Positions 50,773 through 59,813 of a stretch of 64,000 nucleotides of DNA are shown in pieces. The position numbers and the translations under genes are program-made. The notes beneath the pieces were generated by a model. It was not told where the DNA came from and did no database searches. It saw only the letters and a list, made by a program, of their open reading frames with translations. The stretch lies in the IMG/VR virus record IMGVR_UViG_3300027704_000017, positions 5,034 through 69,033 of that record; one strand, given 5' to 3'. Each line of letters starts with the position of its first letter. Position 1 is the first letter of the stretch. The DNA is from a virus.

Positions 50773-51176
50773 TTTTCTCTGGATACTTTTTGTACTTTCT
50801 CTACTGTTCTCATTGCGCCTAATCCTAGCATACCCATCAATACGGGCATCATCTGAGTTGTATCAATCATTGGAATAGTAATAGCAGCTTCTGCTATTGC
50901 CAACCCAAAGTTTGCCATAGGTATTAAAATAAAATTAGACAAGAATCCTATACCACAAACCCACCCAATAAAGGGTCGCCATCCAGCTACAAACAAGGAC
51001 TTGTGTGCTGCCTCTGTTTTATTAACTTCTAACTGGCCTTTAGCAAGCTCTTGTGCGTGCTTTTCTGCCATGGTACTGATGTCATGTGCTAACTGATTCT
51101 TTACATCTTTGTCTTCGATGAACTTATCGAGTAGACCTGTTACTGGCCCTGCTAATGCGCTAAGTACTTGTAACAT
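50769..51176 (-). CDS. Holin (3TM, GTA-holin-like)
   Basis: AGWRPFIGWVC, MLGLGAMRTVEK; directly downstream of endolysin. Confidence 0.8.
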   Translation of the reverse strand: MLQVLSALAGPVTGLLDKFIEDKDVKNQLAHDISTMAEKHAQELAKGQLEVNKTEAAHKSLFVAGWRPFIGWVCGIGFLSNFILIPMANFGLAIAEAAITIPMIDTTQMMPVLMGMLGLGAMRTVEKVQKVSREK

Positions 51177-51615
51177 TCTCTAGTTTCTCCATCAACCGTT
51201 CTGCACGGTTACCTACCTGGCGATACCAAAGAGAGTCTCTCCCTTCAACAGCGGCAAGCGCCCAATCACGAGAGTCTACTGCCTTTCTCATGTTTTTAAA
51301 CTTACTAAGTCTAGGACGTCCGAGGTTGAACATCATATTGACAAGTATTCCCTGCACTTCGTCCGGTAGTCCGTCAAAAGCCCCTGTTCCGTATAGAGTG
51401 TTACACTCTGAGATGGCTGTGTTGAGGTCTTTATCAAAGCACTCTGCCACTCTTTCTTCGGTGATAGGGGTTCCAGTTGGCTGGTTATACTCGGGGTCAC
51501 TTTCAAGTACGAGGTGGCCAACTCCAAATGTCGGATACCCAAGATGGTCGTTATAGATTTCATACTTTACTCCCTCGTCAATCTTTAGTTGTTCAAATAC
51601 TTCTGTCCTATTCAA
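51160..51615 (-). CDS. Endolysin, T4-lysozyme family (GH24)
   Basis: DEG...YNDHLGYPTFGVGHL, NMMFNLG, SLWYRQVGNRA; TTG start after AGGAG. Confidence 0.9.
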   Translation of the reverse strand: MNRTEVFEQLKIDEGVKYEIYNDHLGYPTFGVGHLVLESDPEYNQPTGTPITEERVAECFDKDLNTAISECNTLYGTGAFDGLPDEVQGILVNMMFNLGRPRLSKFKNMRKAVDSRDWALAAVEGRDSLWYRQVGNRAERLMEKLENVTST

Positions 51616-51626
51616 TTTGCTTCTCC

Positions 51627-51734
51627 TTATGCTGCTAGTACGCTGGCGTATATTGTCAAAAACGGCAAGGCTAAACAGCATACTGCTGTAACCGTGTTGC
51701 AGAATATGCACGCGGCCTCATTACTATGTGTCAC
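51627..51734 (-). CDS. 35-aa Cys-rich hydrophobic peptide
   Basis: GTG start after AAGGAG; MTHSNEAACIFCNTVTAVCCLALPFLTIYASVLAA. Confidence 0.45.
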   Translation of the reverse strand: MTHSNEAACIFCNTVTAVCCLALPFLTIYASVLAA

Positions 51735-51804
51735 TACTATGTCTCCTTTGGAAACTTGGGCTGACTGCCCTACTTTAGTCTACTAAAAGGCGAGACTACT
51801 TTGC

Positions 51805-51993
51805 CTAGACTGCGTTACGCTTTACTAACTCGTTACGAATCTTTTGTTTGCGAGGCCCACGAGTACTGCTTGAGTTGAAGGCTTCTAATAATTGGTCTGT
51901 AGTCGTAGCGTGCATATAAAAGTTCTGAGTTCTATACTTCTTCGCTTGACGATCTACTAAGATTTTGGTTGTTTCTTTAAATTTAACTGGCAT
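51805..51993 (-). CDS. Small basic hypothetical protein
   Basis: 62-aa ORF with GGAG RBS. Confidence 0.6.
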   Translation of the reverse strand: MPVKFKETTKILVDRQAKKYRTQNFYMHATTTDQLLEAFNSSSTRGPRKQKIRNELVKRNAV

Positions 51994-52280
51994 TTTGTAG
52001 CTCCCGTTGGTATTCTAGTTTAAGGTTTCTTACTAACTCTTCTGCTACGGCTAGGTTGCCTGTTAGCATATACACTTGGTGTGCATCTTCCACGATATAG
52101 CGAATAGTGTGATCGTCTAGTACCTCTTCGCGTAGTATTAATCTATTCTTCATCTATTTCTAGCATCCCGTTATCGACTAAGTGTTCAATAGCCGCTGCG
52201 ATACCTTCTTGCTTTCCTACAGCGTGGCAGCTTACACCGCACCCTATAAGGCAAAACACAAATATCGCTAGTTCTATCAT
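51983..52280 (-). CDS. Two small overlapping hypothetical ORFs (approx. 52143-52280 membrane; 51983-52153)
   Basis: Manual translation MIELAIFVFCLIGCGVS... and MKNRLILREEVLDDHTIRY... Confidence 0.5.
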
Positions 52281-52325
52281 AAGTATCTCCGTTTCTTTAA
52301 TGGGTAACTCCATTTCAGAATAACT

Positions 52326-52491
52326 ATTATACGCAGTTTAAGGTAATGTGTCAAGAACTATCTTATAATTACCCAGTTCTTTTCTTAACTTCTTAATGAG
52401 CATTATACCTGAAAAAGAGGATAATGTCAAGGAGAATTTTTGACCATGCCCTAAAAAATATCTTGACATAGCTGTCCGTTGGCAGTATAAT
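52326..52491. promoter_or_regulatory. Divergent promoter cluster: two leftward (52326-52354, 52402-52430), one rightward (52463-52491)
   Basis: Three TTGACA-17bp-TATAAT matches at the strand switch. Confidence 0.85.
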
Positions 52492-52497
52492 ACTCCC

Positions 52498-52668
52498 ATG
52501 AAAAAATATAAAAACAAGCCGTGGACAGAAAGAGAGCGTAAGCATCTTACTCAATATTACCATCATGCGTCTATAGACGAGATGTGCGATATGCTACCAG
52601 ACAGAACAGAGCAGAGTGTTCGTAATCAAGTAAACTACTTAAAGAAAAGAGGTGTCAGATTTAAATGA
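52498..52668 (+). CDS. Small Myb/HTH-like protein, probably leaderless
   Basis: MKKYKNKPWTERERKHL...LPDRTEQSVRNQV; ATG 6 nt after TATAAT. Confidence 0.65.
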   Translation: MKKYKNKPWTERERKHLTQYYHHASIDEMCDMLPDRTEQSVRNQVNYLKKRGVRFK

Positions 52669-52748
52669 CACCTTTAGAAATAGCCCTCGTATTCGCAGCA
52701 CTATTCCTGTGGATATTTACTAGGGACAGGGACGATTGGGATGAATAA

Positions 52749-52952
52749 ATGCAAGTAAAAGTCAGAAACAACAACGTAGAGCAAGCTCTGCGTATTTTTC
52801 GTAGAAAAGTGACAGAGAGTAACTTACTCTATCAGTACAAAGAGAAACAACAATACGAGAAGCCCACTACTAAAAAGCAGAGAAAGAAGGCAGCGGCCAA
52901 GCAGAGGGAACGTAAAAGGCAAGGGTCAACTAATCCTCCTAAATTATTTTAA
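52749..52952 (+). CDS. rpsU: Ribosomal protein bS21
   Basis: VKVRNNNVEQALRIFRRK...YEKPTTKKQRKKAAA. Confidence 0.88.
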   Translation: MQVKVRNNNVEQALRIFRRKVTESNLLYQYKEKQQYEKPTTKKQRKKAAAKQRERKRQGSTNPPKLF

Positions 52953-52955
52953 GAC

Positions 52956-52984
52956 TTGACTTTCTCCTTAAAAGCCCGTATAAT
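52956..52984 (+). promoter_or_regulatory. sigma70-type promoter
   Basis: TTGACT-17bp-TATAAT. Confidence 0.85.
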
Positions 52985-53007
52985 AGCTTTATAAACTGGA
53001 GAAACAA

Positions 53008-53448
53008 ATGATTAACGTACAAATTGAAGGCATACTCGACACTAAATACAATCAGTTCATTGATGACTGTGTTACTACTCTATTCCCTACGGATGCTGTT
53101 TACGACATCACAATAGTTGTTGGCAAATTCATTGGTGAACCTAATGAGCACCATGCCGGGCTTTGTACAGGCGATGACGTAGAGTCTGTTATCGACATAG
53201 CTACACACTGGATCTGTGAAGGCGAAGAGATAGAGTTCTTTCCTCACGAGATAGCGGAAGCAATTGCTCACGAGCTTACACACGCCAAGCAATTCTGTAG
53301 AAAGCAGATCAACATGGACAACGATGTATGGACTAACTCTACCACTGTAATCGACTGCTCTTTACTAGAGTACGCTGAGACCCCGTGGGAAGTTGAAGCC
53401 TACGGCTTTGAAGACATACTAACCGACCTATACTGGAATGAACAATGA
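53008..53448 (+). CDS. Zn metallopeptidase-like protein
   Basis: AHELTHAKQ (HExxH) and PWEVEAY. Confidence 0.7.
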   Translation: MINVQIEGILDTKYNQFIDDCVTTLFPTDAVYDITIVVGKFIGEPNEHHAGLCTGDDVESVIDIATHWICEGEEIEFFPHEIAEAIAHELTHAKQFCRKQINMDNDVWTNSTTVIDCSLLEYAETPWEVEAYGFEDILTDLYWNEQ

Positions 53449-53553
53449 CAGGACATGAGATTATATCAACTATAATAGGCTCTACTGCTGCTGTTATGTT
53501 TTTCATAGGAGCATACGGAGCCGCTAAACAATACCAGAACAAAGGAGAAGGGA

Positions 53554-53724
53554 ATGAGCAAGATAACGACTAAAGAATGTCCTAATTGCGGTAATACCCA
53601 TCTTATACTACTGTCTACCCTTAATCTAAAGCTATGCTGTGATTGTCAAACTGAGATACCTTGGTATTTAGATGAGGGACAAAAACCCTTACTTGGCACA
53701 GGAGGCTGTAATGACCCCGAATGA
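53554..53724 (+). CDS. Small zinc-ribbon protein
   Basis: Manual translation with CPNC...CCDC. Confidence 0.6.
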   Translation: MSKITTKECPNCGNTHLILLSTLNLKLCCDCQTEIPWYLDEGQKPLLGTGGCNDPE

Positions 53725-53941
53725 TATATGTGATTTTAAACGAAAATGGCTGATGGCTAGTTACTACCAGGTCTTCATTCATACCGATATGCGAAACCGT
53801 ACTAAAGACTGGCTTAAACTTAATGTTCCTAAGCACCTGCATGATGTTAAAACTTTTACAAATGTGGACGAGGATTGTGTTAGATTTGAGAACGGCAAAC
53901 ATTTTGACCAGTTTGCAACTTGGTACAAAGAAAGTAGATAA
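53711..53941 (+). CDS. Hypothetical protein
   Basis: ORF with GGAGG RBS. Confidence 0.6.
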   Translation: MTPNDICDFKRKWLMASYYQVFIHTDMRNRTKDWLKLNVPKHLHDVKTFTNVDEDCVRFENGKHFDQFATWYKESR

Positions 53942-54013
53942 CAACTCTGCCCTAACTACCTTAGGGCCGACCCGAGTATGTCACGAAACTGCTCACCTCC
54001 TCTTAAATATTTC

Positions 54014-54042
54014 TTGACAATCCCCTCTTAAACGCGTATAAT
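54014..54042 (+). promoter_or_regulatory. sigma70-type promoter
   Basis: TTGACA-17bp-TATAAT. Confidence 0.85.
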
Positions 54043-54074
54043 ACCTTCATAAACTTGAAAAAGGAAGGTAAATT

Positions 54075-54608
54075 ATGAACAATGATATGACTTGGTGCCT
54101 TGCACCTCACGGTAAATCCTACGAAGTAGCTTCTTGGGTCGTGCAAAACTACAAACGAGATACTTACCCTACTAAAATGCAAGCCATGTGGGTTGATGCT
54201 TCTCAGCAAATTCTTGACAAGCTTGCCTCTCGTAATCTAATCTATAACGCTATTCAGACTCCTGACGGAACTATACTCGAGTCAAAGCATAGACATGATT
54301 ACCGATCTCATAATGATGCAAACGGCAAAACTTATGTTATTGATGGTGGACTAGACTATGTGAGAACTACTATACACGCGGATCAGACATCTTTAGCACT
54401 CTATGATGACGAAGTACACGCAGTACAAGCACATTATCTTACTTGGGGTACCTTCGGTATACGAGGCGACCAACCCCGTAGCGATATTCGTATCGCTGAC
54501 ATGGAGACTGCACACCTTGAGGCTGTACTGAGAGAGTGCCACCCTACTCCGGTTCTCAAGAAATGTATGACAAAAGAATTGGAACAAAAGAAGGTGATTA
54601 CTTTATGA
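54075..54608 (+). CDS. Hypothetical phage protein
   Basis: ESKHRHDY...IDGGLDY motif. Confidence 0.7.
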   Translation: MNNDMTWCLAPHGKSYEVASWVVQNYKRDTYPTKMQAMWVDASQQILDKLASRNLIYNAIQTPDGTILESKHRHDYRSHNDANGKTYVIDGGLDYVRTTIHADQTSLALYDDEVHAVQAHYLTWGTFGIRGDQPRSDIRIADMETAHLEAVLRECHPTPVLKKCMTKELEQKKVITL

Positions 54609-54832
54609 ATAAGTGGTGGAGAATCTGGGCTAAATCATTAGGAGAGAAAGTAGGTGAAACTGATAGACAAGCAAACACTATTGCCGGTATTAGGAGCGTG
54701 TGGTGGTTTACACATATGCTTACTTGTTTGGCAATCATACTTAACGCTATAGCCAATCATGGCTGGGGACTAATTGGAGCAATCATACTTAACGCTATAG
54801 CCAATCATGGCTGGGGACTAATTGGATTCTGA
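54605..54832 (+). CDS. Small membrane protein (48-bp duplication at 3' end)
   Basis: WRIWAKSLGEK; AIILNAIANHGWGLIG twice. Confidence 0.6.
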   Translation: MNKWWRIWAKSLGEKVGETDRQANTIAGIRSVWWFTHMLTCLAIILNAIANHGWGLIGAIILNAIANHGWGLIGF

Positions 54833-55125
54833 TGAAAAGATTGTGGACAATATGGAAACACGCACTAGGCTCCTTTGACGAAGAGGATGGCTATGATGTA
54901 CAGAATGAAGATAGAATCTCGTATATCCGCACGTTTGTTGTATTGTCTAATCTTTTATGTGTATATTTAATTATGATTAACATTGTTATAGGGTGGCTAT
55001 GAAACTTAAGAAAGAGTGGGGTGAATGGTTTTGGGTAAGCATAACAGAAGCTGTTATTAGCCCTCGCTTTACAACTAAGTCGGAAGCCTGCTACTGGCTA
55101 ATACAATTTGAACTAGGGGAAGAAG

Positions 55126-55449
55126 ATGAGCATTGAAAGACCAGACAACTGGGTAGTACTAAAAATAGCTAATAAAGACAATGACGAGATCACCTATAAG
55201 GTACTTGCAGGTTGGAGTGGAGGCTACCTAGGAAGCGATAGTTGGAGGCTCAATAGCGGTATTACAGAGGTTGAGATATATGGAGAGCACTATATCTTCC
55301 GTGGCTACTCAGGTTCTGAATACTGGTGTCATATGGAGACATATGGCCTCAAAATGAACAATGCTGGCGTCTGGAAGGATATTTCAGAGGCGTTCCCTGA
55401 CACAGTGTCCTTGATGGATGAGAAAACTAATTGGAGTAAGCTAGTATGA
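55126..55449 (+). CDS. Hypothetical phage protein
   Basis: PDNWVVLK...GWSGGYLGSDSWRLNSGI. Confidence 0.7.
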   Translation: MSIERPDNWVVLKIANKDNDEITYKVLAGWSGGYLGSDSWRLNSGITEVEIYGEHYIFRGYSGSEYWCHMETYGLKMNNAGVWKDISEAFPDTVSLMDEKTNWSKLV

Positions 55450-55919
55450 AAGTATGGATGACGAAAACTAAAAACTTTGTAAAAATTGATAAGTGGGATA
55501 CTTGGTCTATGGATCATACCCTAGCACATATTGTTGTGCCTATGTTGATTCAACTTAAAGCAGACACTCATGGTGCTCCTCTCGTTGCCTTTGAAGATCG
55601 TCCTGATGAGCTGATTGGCACTATTCCTCGAAAAGACAAGTGGGAAACCGATGAGTTTCACTTTGAGGCATGGGATTGGGCACTAGACGAGATGATTTTT
55701 GCCTTTAGCTCGAAATTTGAGGACGACGACTGGCAGCAGCAGTTTTATAGTGGCAAGACAGACTTCGAGTGGATACCCTTACCGAGTGGGGCAGCGGAGC
55801 TAAAGAAAGGAAAAAGAGATACGTTCAAAGTCGATAAAGAAGGTATGAAAGTTTATCAGGATAGAATTAGTAACGGCTTCCGTTTGTTCGGGAAATACTA
55901 TGAAAACCTTTGGGATTAA
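55446..55919 (+). CDS. Hypothetical phage protein
   Basis: DTWSMDHTLA...GFRLFGKYYENLWD. Confidence 0.7.
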   Translation: MKVWMTKTKNFVKIDKWDTWSMDHTLAHIVVPMLIQLKADTHGAPLVAFEDRPDELIGTIPRKDKWETDEFHFEAWDWALDEMIFAFSSKFEDDDWQQQFYSGKTDFEWIPLPSGAAELKKGKRDTFKVDKEGMKVYQDRISNGFRLFGKYYENLWD

Positions 55920-55931
55920 CATAGAAAGTTC

Positions 55932-55960
55932 TTGACAATATAACTGAACAGAGGTATAAT
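55932..55960 (+). promoter_or_regulatory. sigma70-type promoter
   Basis: TTGACA-17bp-TATAAT. Confidence 0.85.
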
Positions 55961-55988
55961 AGTTACATAATTTAAAGGAGATACCATT

Positions 55989-56354
55989 TTGAACAAAGCA
56001 TACGAATTTATTGCACATCCATACGAGTGCGAGTTTGGGTCTAGTCCCAACACTACAATTAACTATACCATTAACACTAAGGACATGACCAAAGACGACT
56101 TACTTGAGTCTTTTACATACTTTATGAGAGCCTGTGGCTACTCTATTGGGACTGAAGAAGTCCTTGAGTTTGTTGACTACTCCGAGCCAGAGCCTTTGCC
56201 TGCTACGCCTTATGGTCTTGACCAAGAGTTTGCAGACATTACGAGAGTAGAGCTGATTGATGGTGAAGGACGGCGATACACCAACCATGACGTTGCGTAT
56301 CTCGGAATAAGCCTGCAAGATGATAACCGTACCATGAAGGTGTTTGTACAATGA
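55989..56354 (+). CDS. Hypothetical protein
   Basis: TTG start after AAGGAG. Confidence 0.6.
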   Translation: MNKAYEFIAHPYECEFGSSPNTTINYTINTKDMTKDDLLESFTYFMRACGYSIGTEEVLEFVDYSEPEPLPATPYGLDQEFADITRVELIDGEGRRYTNHDVAYLGISLQDDNRTMKVFVQ

Positions 56355-56599
56355 GTGGACAGACACACGGGGGCAAGGGCGACCGCCCCAGAGTTATAGA
56401 AGATCGTAGCCAATATGAGAGCAATTGGGATAAGATTTTTGGAAATAAGGAAGACTACTTGCATCACGACTACGAGGATACATCAACCCCACGAGAGGTT
56501 TTTGCTACCACAGTATACATTACCGAATATGGTTCACCTAAAGATATGTCTCTGTGTCTCAGGAAGAGATTGATCGTAGGCTTAAAGAGTGGAACATGA
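56351..56599 (+). CDS. Hypothetical protein
   Basis: GGKGDRPR...YESNWDKIF. Confidence 0.55.
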   Translation: MSGQTHGGKGDRPRVIEDRSQYESNWDKIFGNKEDYLHHDYEDTSTPREVFATTVYITEYGSPKDMSLCLRKRLIVGLKSGT

Positions 56600-56678
56600 T
56601 GTATGACTGCTTGCAGAATATACACTTATATGAGTACCCAATAGAAGAAGTCAAAGAACTACTAAAGAGGATTAAAGT

Positions 56679-57059
56679 ATGATACAAGCAACAAATTTTG
56701 AGAAAGCCGGTGATTTTATGGAGGCTTTCGGACAAGAAGTTCGCTATATCCCTATCATCCCCGCAGTGAGTGAGATGGCATTACGACTAGACCTTATCGA
56801 AGAAGAAGTACAAGAGCTTCGTGATGGTATGGGCAAAGCCTCCTTACTAGAGATAGCTGATGCACTTACTGACATTTTATATGTAGTGTATGGAGCAGGG
56901 CATACCTTTGGTATTGATCTGGACGAATGTTATAACGAAGTACACCGTAGTAACATGACTAAGCTCGGAGAAGACGGCAGACCTATGTACCGCCCTGATG
57001 GTAAGGTAATGAAAGGCCCGAACTACGAAGAACCCAACTTAATCCCATTTGTGAACTAG
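56679..57059 (+). CDS. MazG-like / PRA-PH nucleotide pyrophosphohydrolase
   Basis: LIEEEVQEL, DALTDILYV, EVHRSNMTK, DGKVMKGPNY. Confidence 0.88.
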   Translation: MIQATNFEKAGDFMEAFGQEVRYIPIIPAVSEMALRLDLIEEEVQELRDGMGKASLLEIADALTDILYVVYGAGHTFGIDLDECYNEVHRSNMTKLGEDGRPMYRPDGKVMKGPNYEEPNLIPFVN

Positions 57060-57068
57060 GAGAATACT

Positions 57069-57266
57069 ATGTTTGATACCTTTGGTACCTTTGGTATGTT
57101 TAAAGAAATTGATGAGCAAGCGCAGTTTGAGCTAGTAGAGAATGGCTTTGTCCTTAGACTCTCTGGCCGTGATGCAAAAGACGACTACGTTAATAAGTCT
57201 TTTATCTACGCTACTAAAGAAGACTTCTTTGAAGCACTGAGTGACTTAGTGGAGGAGAGAAAATGA
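57069..57266 (+). CDS. Hypothetical protein
   Basis: ORF with AGGAG RBS. Confidence 0.6.
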   Translation: MFDTFGTFGMFKEIDEQAQFELVENGFVLRLSGRDAKDDYVNKSFIYATKEDFFEALSDLVEERK

Positions 57267-57532
57267 AAAAAGTATTAGTAGAGACAATCTATACTTTTAA
57301 GCACAGCTACCTCTGTGACATTCCTGATGAGTCTCCCAAAGAGTGGGCAATGGATATTGTTACTATGGAGGAAGCAGAGGAGTTTACACAGGAGGGCATG
57401 GGTGAGATGATCATTGGTTGTCGTGTTGTGAGCACTGAAGAAGCTGTTGAATACTACAACGAAGTCAACCCGAACTTTCCAGTTACTAAGATTGATAGAT
57501 TCGTAACCCCGTGGAGCCAGGATGATGAGTGA
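57263..57532 (+). CDS. Hypothetical protein
   Basis: Coupled ORF in operon. Confidence 0.6.
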   Translation: MKKVLVETIYTFKHSYLCDIPDESPKEWAMDIVTMEEAEEFTQEGMGEMIIGCRVVSTEEAVEYYNEVNPNFPVTKIDRFVTPWSQDDE

Positions 57533-57746
57533 TATGCTCAAGAAGTATAACCACTTCGTACACGAGATGTGGAACGCTAACACAGAGGAGCGGCAAGCCT
57601 ATGGTGAGCCTATCCTCAGTAAGGAAGAATACATACTAGAGAATAATACCTTTCTCGAAGATACTTTTTGGATAAATCAGTATGGAGATAAGGTTTGGGA
57701 CGGTGAGAAATACACCGAGCGGAGAAACATAGATGGCGTACAGTAA
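57522..57746 (+). CDS. Hypothetical protein
   Basis: Coupled ORF in operon. Confidence 0.55.
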   Translation: MMSDMLKKYNHFVHEMWNANTEERQAYGEPILSKEEYILENNTFLEDTFWINQYGDKVWDGEKYTERRNIDGVQ

Positions 57747-58173
57747 ACAACTATTAGACCACTACGAGAACCCACGCAATGTGGGTACAATGGATGAAGA
57801 TGCTAGTAATGTAGGTACTGGTATGGTTGGAGCACCAGCCTGTGGAGATGTTATGCGTGATGAAGATGCTAGTAATGTAGGTACTGGTATGGTTGGAGCA
57901 CCAGCCTGTGGAGATGTTATGCGTCTTCAGATTAAAGTAGAGAATGATATAATTGTAGATGCTAAGTTTAAGACTTACGGTTGCGGTAGTGCAATAGCAT
58001 CTTCAAGTCTTCTTACTGACTGGGTGAAAGGAATGCACCTAGATGATGCTAATCAAGTTAAGAACACACAACTAGCGCAAGAACTAGCATTACCACCTGT
58101 GAAGATACATTGTTCCGTACTCGCAGAGGATGCGATAAAGTCAGCCATTCAAAACTACAGAAGTAAGGGCTAG
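57733..58173 (+). CDS. iscU: Fe-S cluster scaffold (carries a 66-bp in-frame duplication)
   Basis: DHYENPRNVG, GAPACGDVM, FKTYGCGSAIASSS, LPPVKIHCS. Confidence 0.93.
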   Translation: MAYSKQLLDHYENPRNVGTMDEDASNVGTGMVGAPACGDVMRDEDASNVGTGMVGAPACGDVMRLQIKVENDIIVDAKFKTYGCGSAIASSSLLTDWVKGMHLDDANQVKNTQLAQELALPPVKIHCSVLAEDAIKSAIQNYRSKG

Positions 58174-58255
58174 GAAAAATAAATTGTGTAAGTCAGCTTC
58201 ATATTCCTACTTTTTCATTCAGTCTAAAACAATATACCTACCCAAAAATTAGACC

Positions 58256-58284
58256 TTTACAGATTTGAAAATGTGTGATATAAT
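58256..58284 (+). promoter_or_regulatory. sigma70-type promoter facing an ORF-less region
   Basis: TTTACA-17bp-TATAAT with extended TG. Confidence 0.7.
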
Positions 58285-58290
58285 AAATCA

Positions 58291-58580
58291 TAATTTGATA
58301 CTAGAGACCAACAACAAGGTCACTCAATACTTCTTCTCAACTAGATAATAATTGTTTTAATAGAGGTGATGTTGCAAGACACCCTGGAACCTAAGTGTAA
58401 GGGTGTTGTCTTGTGTTACCTCTGATTAAACTGATTATTATAAATCAACACATATACTGTGTATCAACTAAGAGTTACCTATGACCAATTGTTGATGACT
58501 AAGAACAATCAAACAGGACTGCGATAAACCCTTATCAACAAGCAGTCTTAATCTATTTAACTAAAACTCCCTTTTTACTA
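58291..58580 (+). ncRNA. Candidate structured RNA (or origin-like DNA element)
   Basis: 95-nt imperfect hairpin 58346-58440 and second hairpin 58514-58548; no ORF. Confidence 0.4.
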
Positions 58581-58714
58581 CAACTATGTCTAAGAGCGAA
58601 ATTGTACCCGATTCGCGATTGGTCATTAAAACTCGTATTCCTTTACCATAATTGTTTACAATTCTTTATGCTTGCACTAGTAGCAGGGTAATCTTTCCTT
58701 ACTTTTCTAGATAA

Positions 58715-58748
58715 TAAAAAGCTCCAGCCTATTTCTAGACCAGAGCTA
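58715..58748 (-). terminator. Intrinsic terminator
   Basis: Minus strand AGCTCTGGTCTA-GAAA-TAGGCTGGAGCT-TTTTT. Confidence 0.8.
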
Positions 58749-58790
58749 CTACGCATAATCCCCGTGGACGGGGTTAAGGCTTGTTACTTG

Positions 58791-59106
58791 TTATGTCCCC
58801 GTAGCGAGTTCCAACGCTTTGAGAGCTGCCTTCGGACTTTTATCGAGACCCACCAGATCCTCAATCTCAATGTCCAGATTCTCAGCGATATTAGACACCA
58901 GCTCCATTTTCGTAACAGGTAACAGGTGTTTCACCGGTCTTGCTTGTATAGATAGCACGTTGATATACTCCTTCTCTTGATAGCTTACCAATGATACTCT
59001 TAGGGCTCTTCCCTAGCTCATCAGCCAGCTTATCCACTGTCTTAGTAGACGGGTTGCTTTTATACTCTTCCACAATATATGTAGTGAGATCATTAGTGTA
59101 GTTCAT
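58791..59106 (-). CDS. A2-like DNA-binding protein, frameshifted here by a 7-bp duplication (58912-58925)
   Basis: Removing one GTAACAG joins NYT...KSIIGKLSREGVY to PVTKMELV...GLDKSPKAAL. Confidence 0.7.
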
Positions 59107-59225
59107 AGCTAAATACATTCTCCTGTATGTCTAAAGTTTTCATCACAGATTCTACTGTGCAGTTGTACTTTTCTGCTATGTCGTAGATAGTCCAACCAGT
59201 TTCCCACAATCCTAGAATATCATCT

Positions 59226-59561
59226 TTAATCTTCATTTAGTTCTCCTATTACGTGCGTGTCGCTGTTACCCCAACGTATTGTTATCTCATCTTTATCAGC
59301 GTCTACTTCTAGTATTGATAGAGTACTGTACTCAAAGAAACCTACTTCGATATTGTTATCCCCTACTACTTGCCCATACGCTCGAAGAGCTACATCATAG
59401 TCTTTCTCTAGCGTTTTAAGCTCATGCTCTAGGCTGTTCATCTCAGCGTGCATTGCATCTAGTACTTGATACCGTTCCTCTAGGTTTTCTACTTGTGTTT
59501 TGAGGTTATTAAACATTACCTCGCCTCTTGCTTCAGTTGGAAACTCTACTACATTACCCAT
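59226..59561 (-). CDS. Hypothetical coiled-coil protein
   Basis: GGAG RBS; heptad pattern. Confidence 0.65.
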   Translation of the reverse strand: MGNVVEFPTEARGEVMFNNLKTQVENLEERYQVLDAMHAEMNSLEHELKTLEKDYDVALRAYGQVVGDNNIEVGFFEYSTLSILEVDADKDEITIRWGNSDTHVIGELNED

Positions 59562-59739
59562 TTAAATTCTCCAGATACGCTTTTAAGTGTTGGTTGGCTG
59601 TTCTATGGTCTACTGGCCCTAGTGTCATAACTACTTTTCTATGCCCGCTAGGGTCTACTTGCATGATCCACCAGTTGCCTGTGTTATGGTCTTGTTGTAA
59701 TTCGTAATGCATCATATGCTTCTCCTTTTTATAGTTATA

Positions 59740-59768
59740 ATTATACAGAACCTTCAGAAATTTGTCAA
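59740..59768 (-). promoter_or_regulatory. sigma70-type promoter
   Basis: TTGACA-17bp-TATAAT. Confidence 0.85.
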
Positions 59769-59787
59769 GAAATATTTTATCGTAGGC

Positions 59788-59813
59788 AAAAAAATACCCT
59801 CCGAAGAGGGTAC
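59788..59813 (-). terminator. Intrinsic terminator ending candidate ncRNA
   Basis: Minus strand TACCCTC-TTCG-GAGGGTA-TTTTTTT. Confidence 0.9.
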
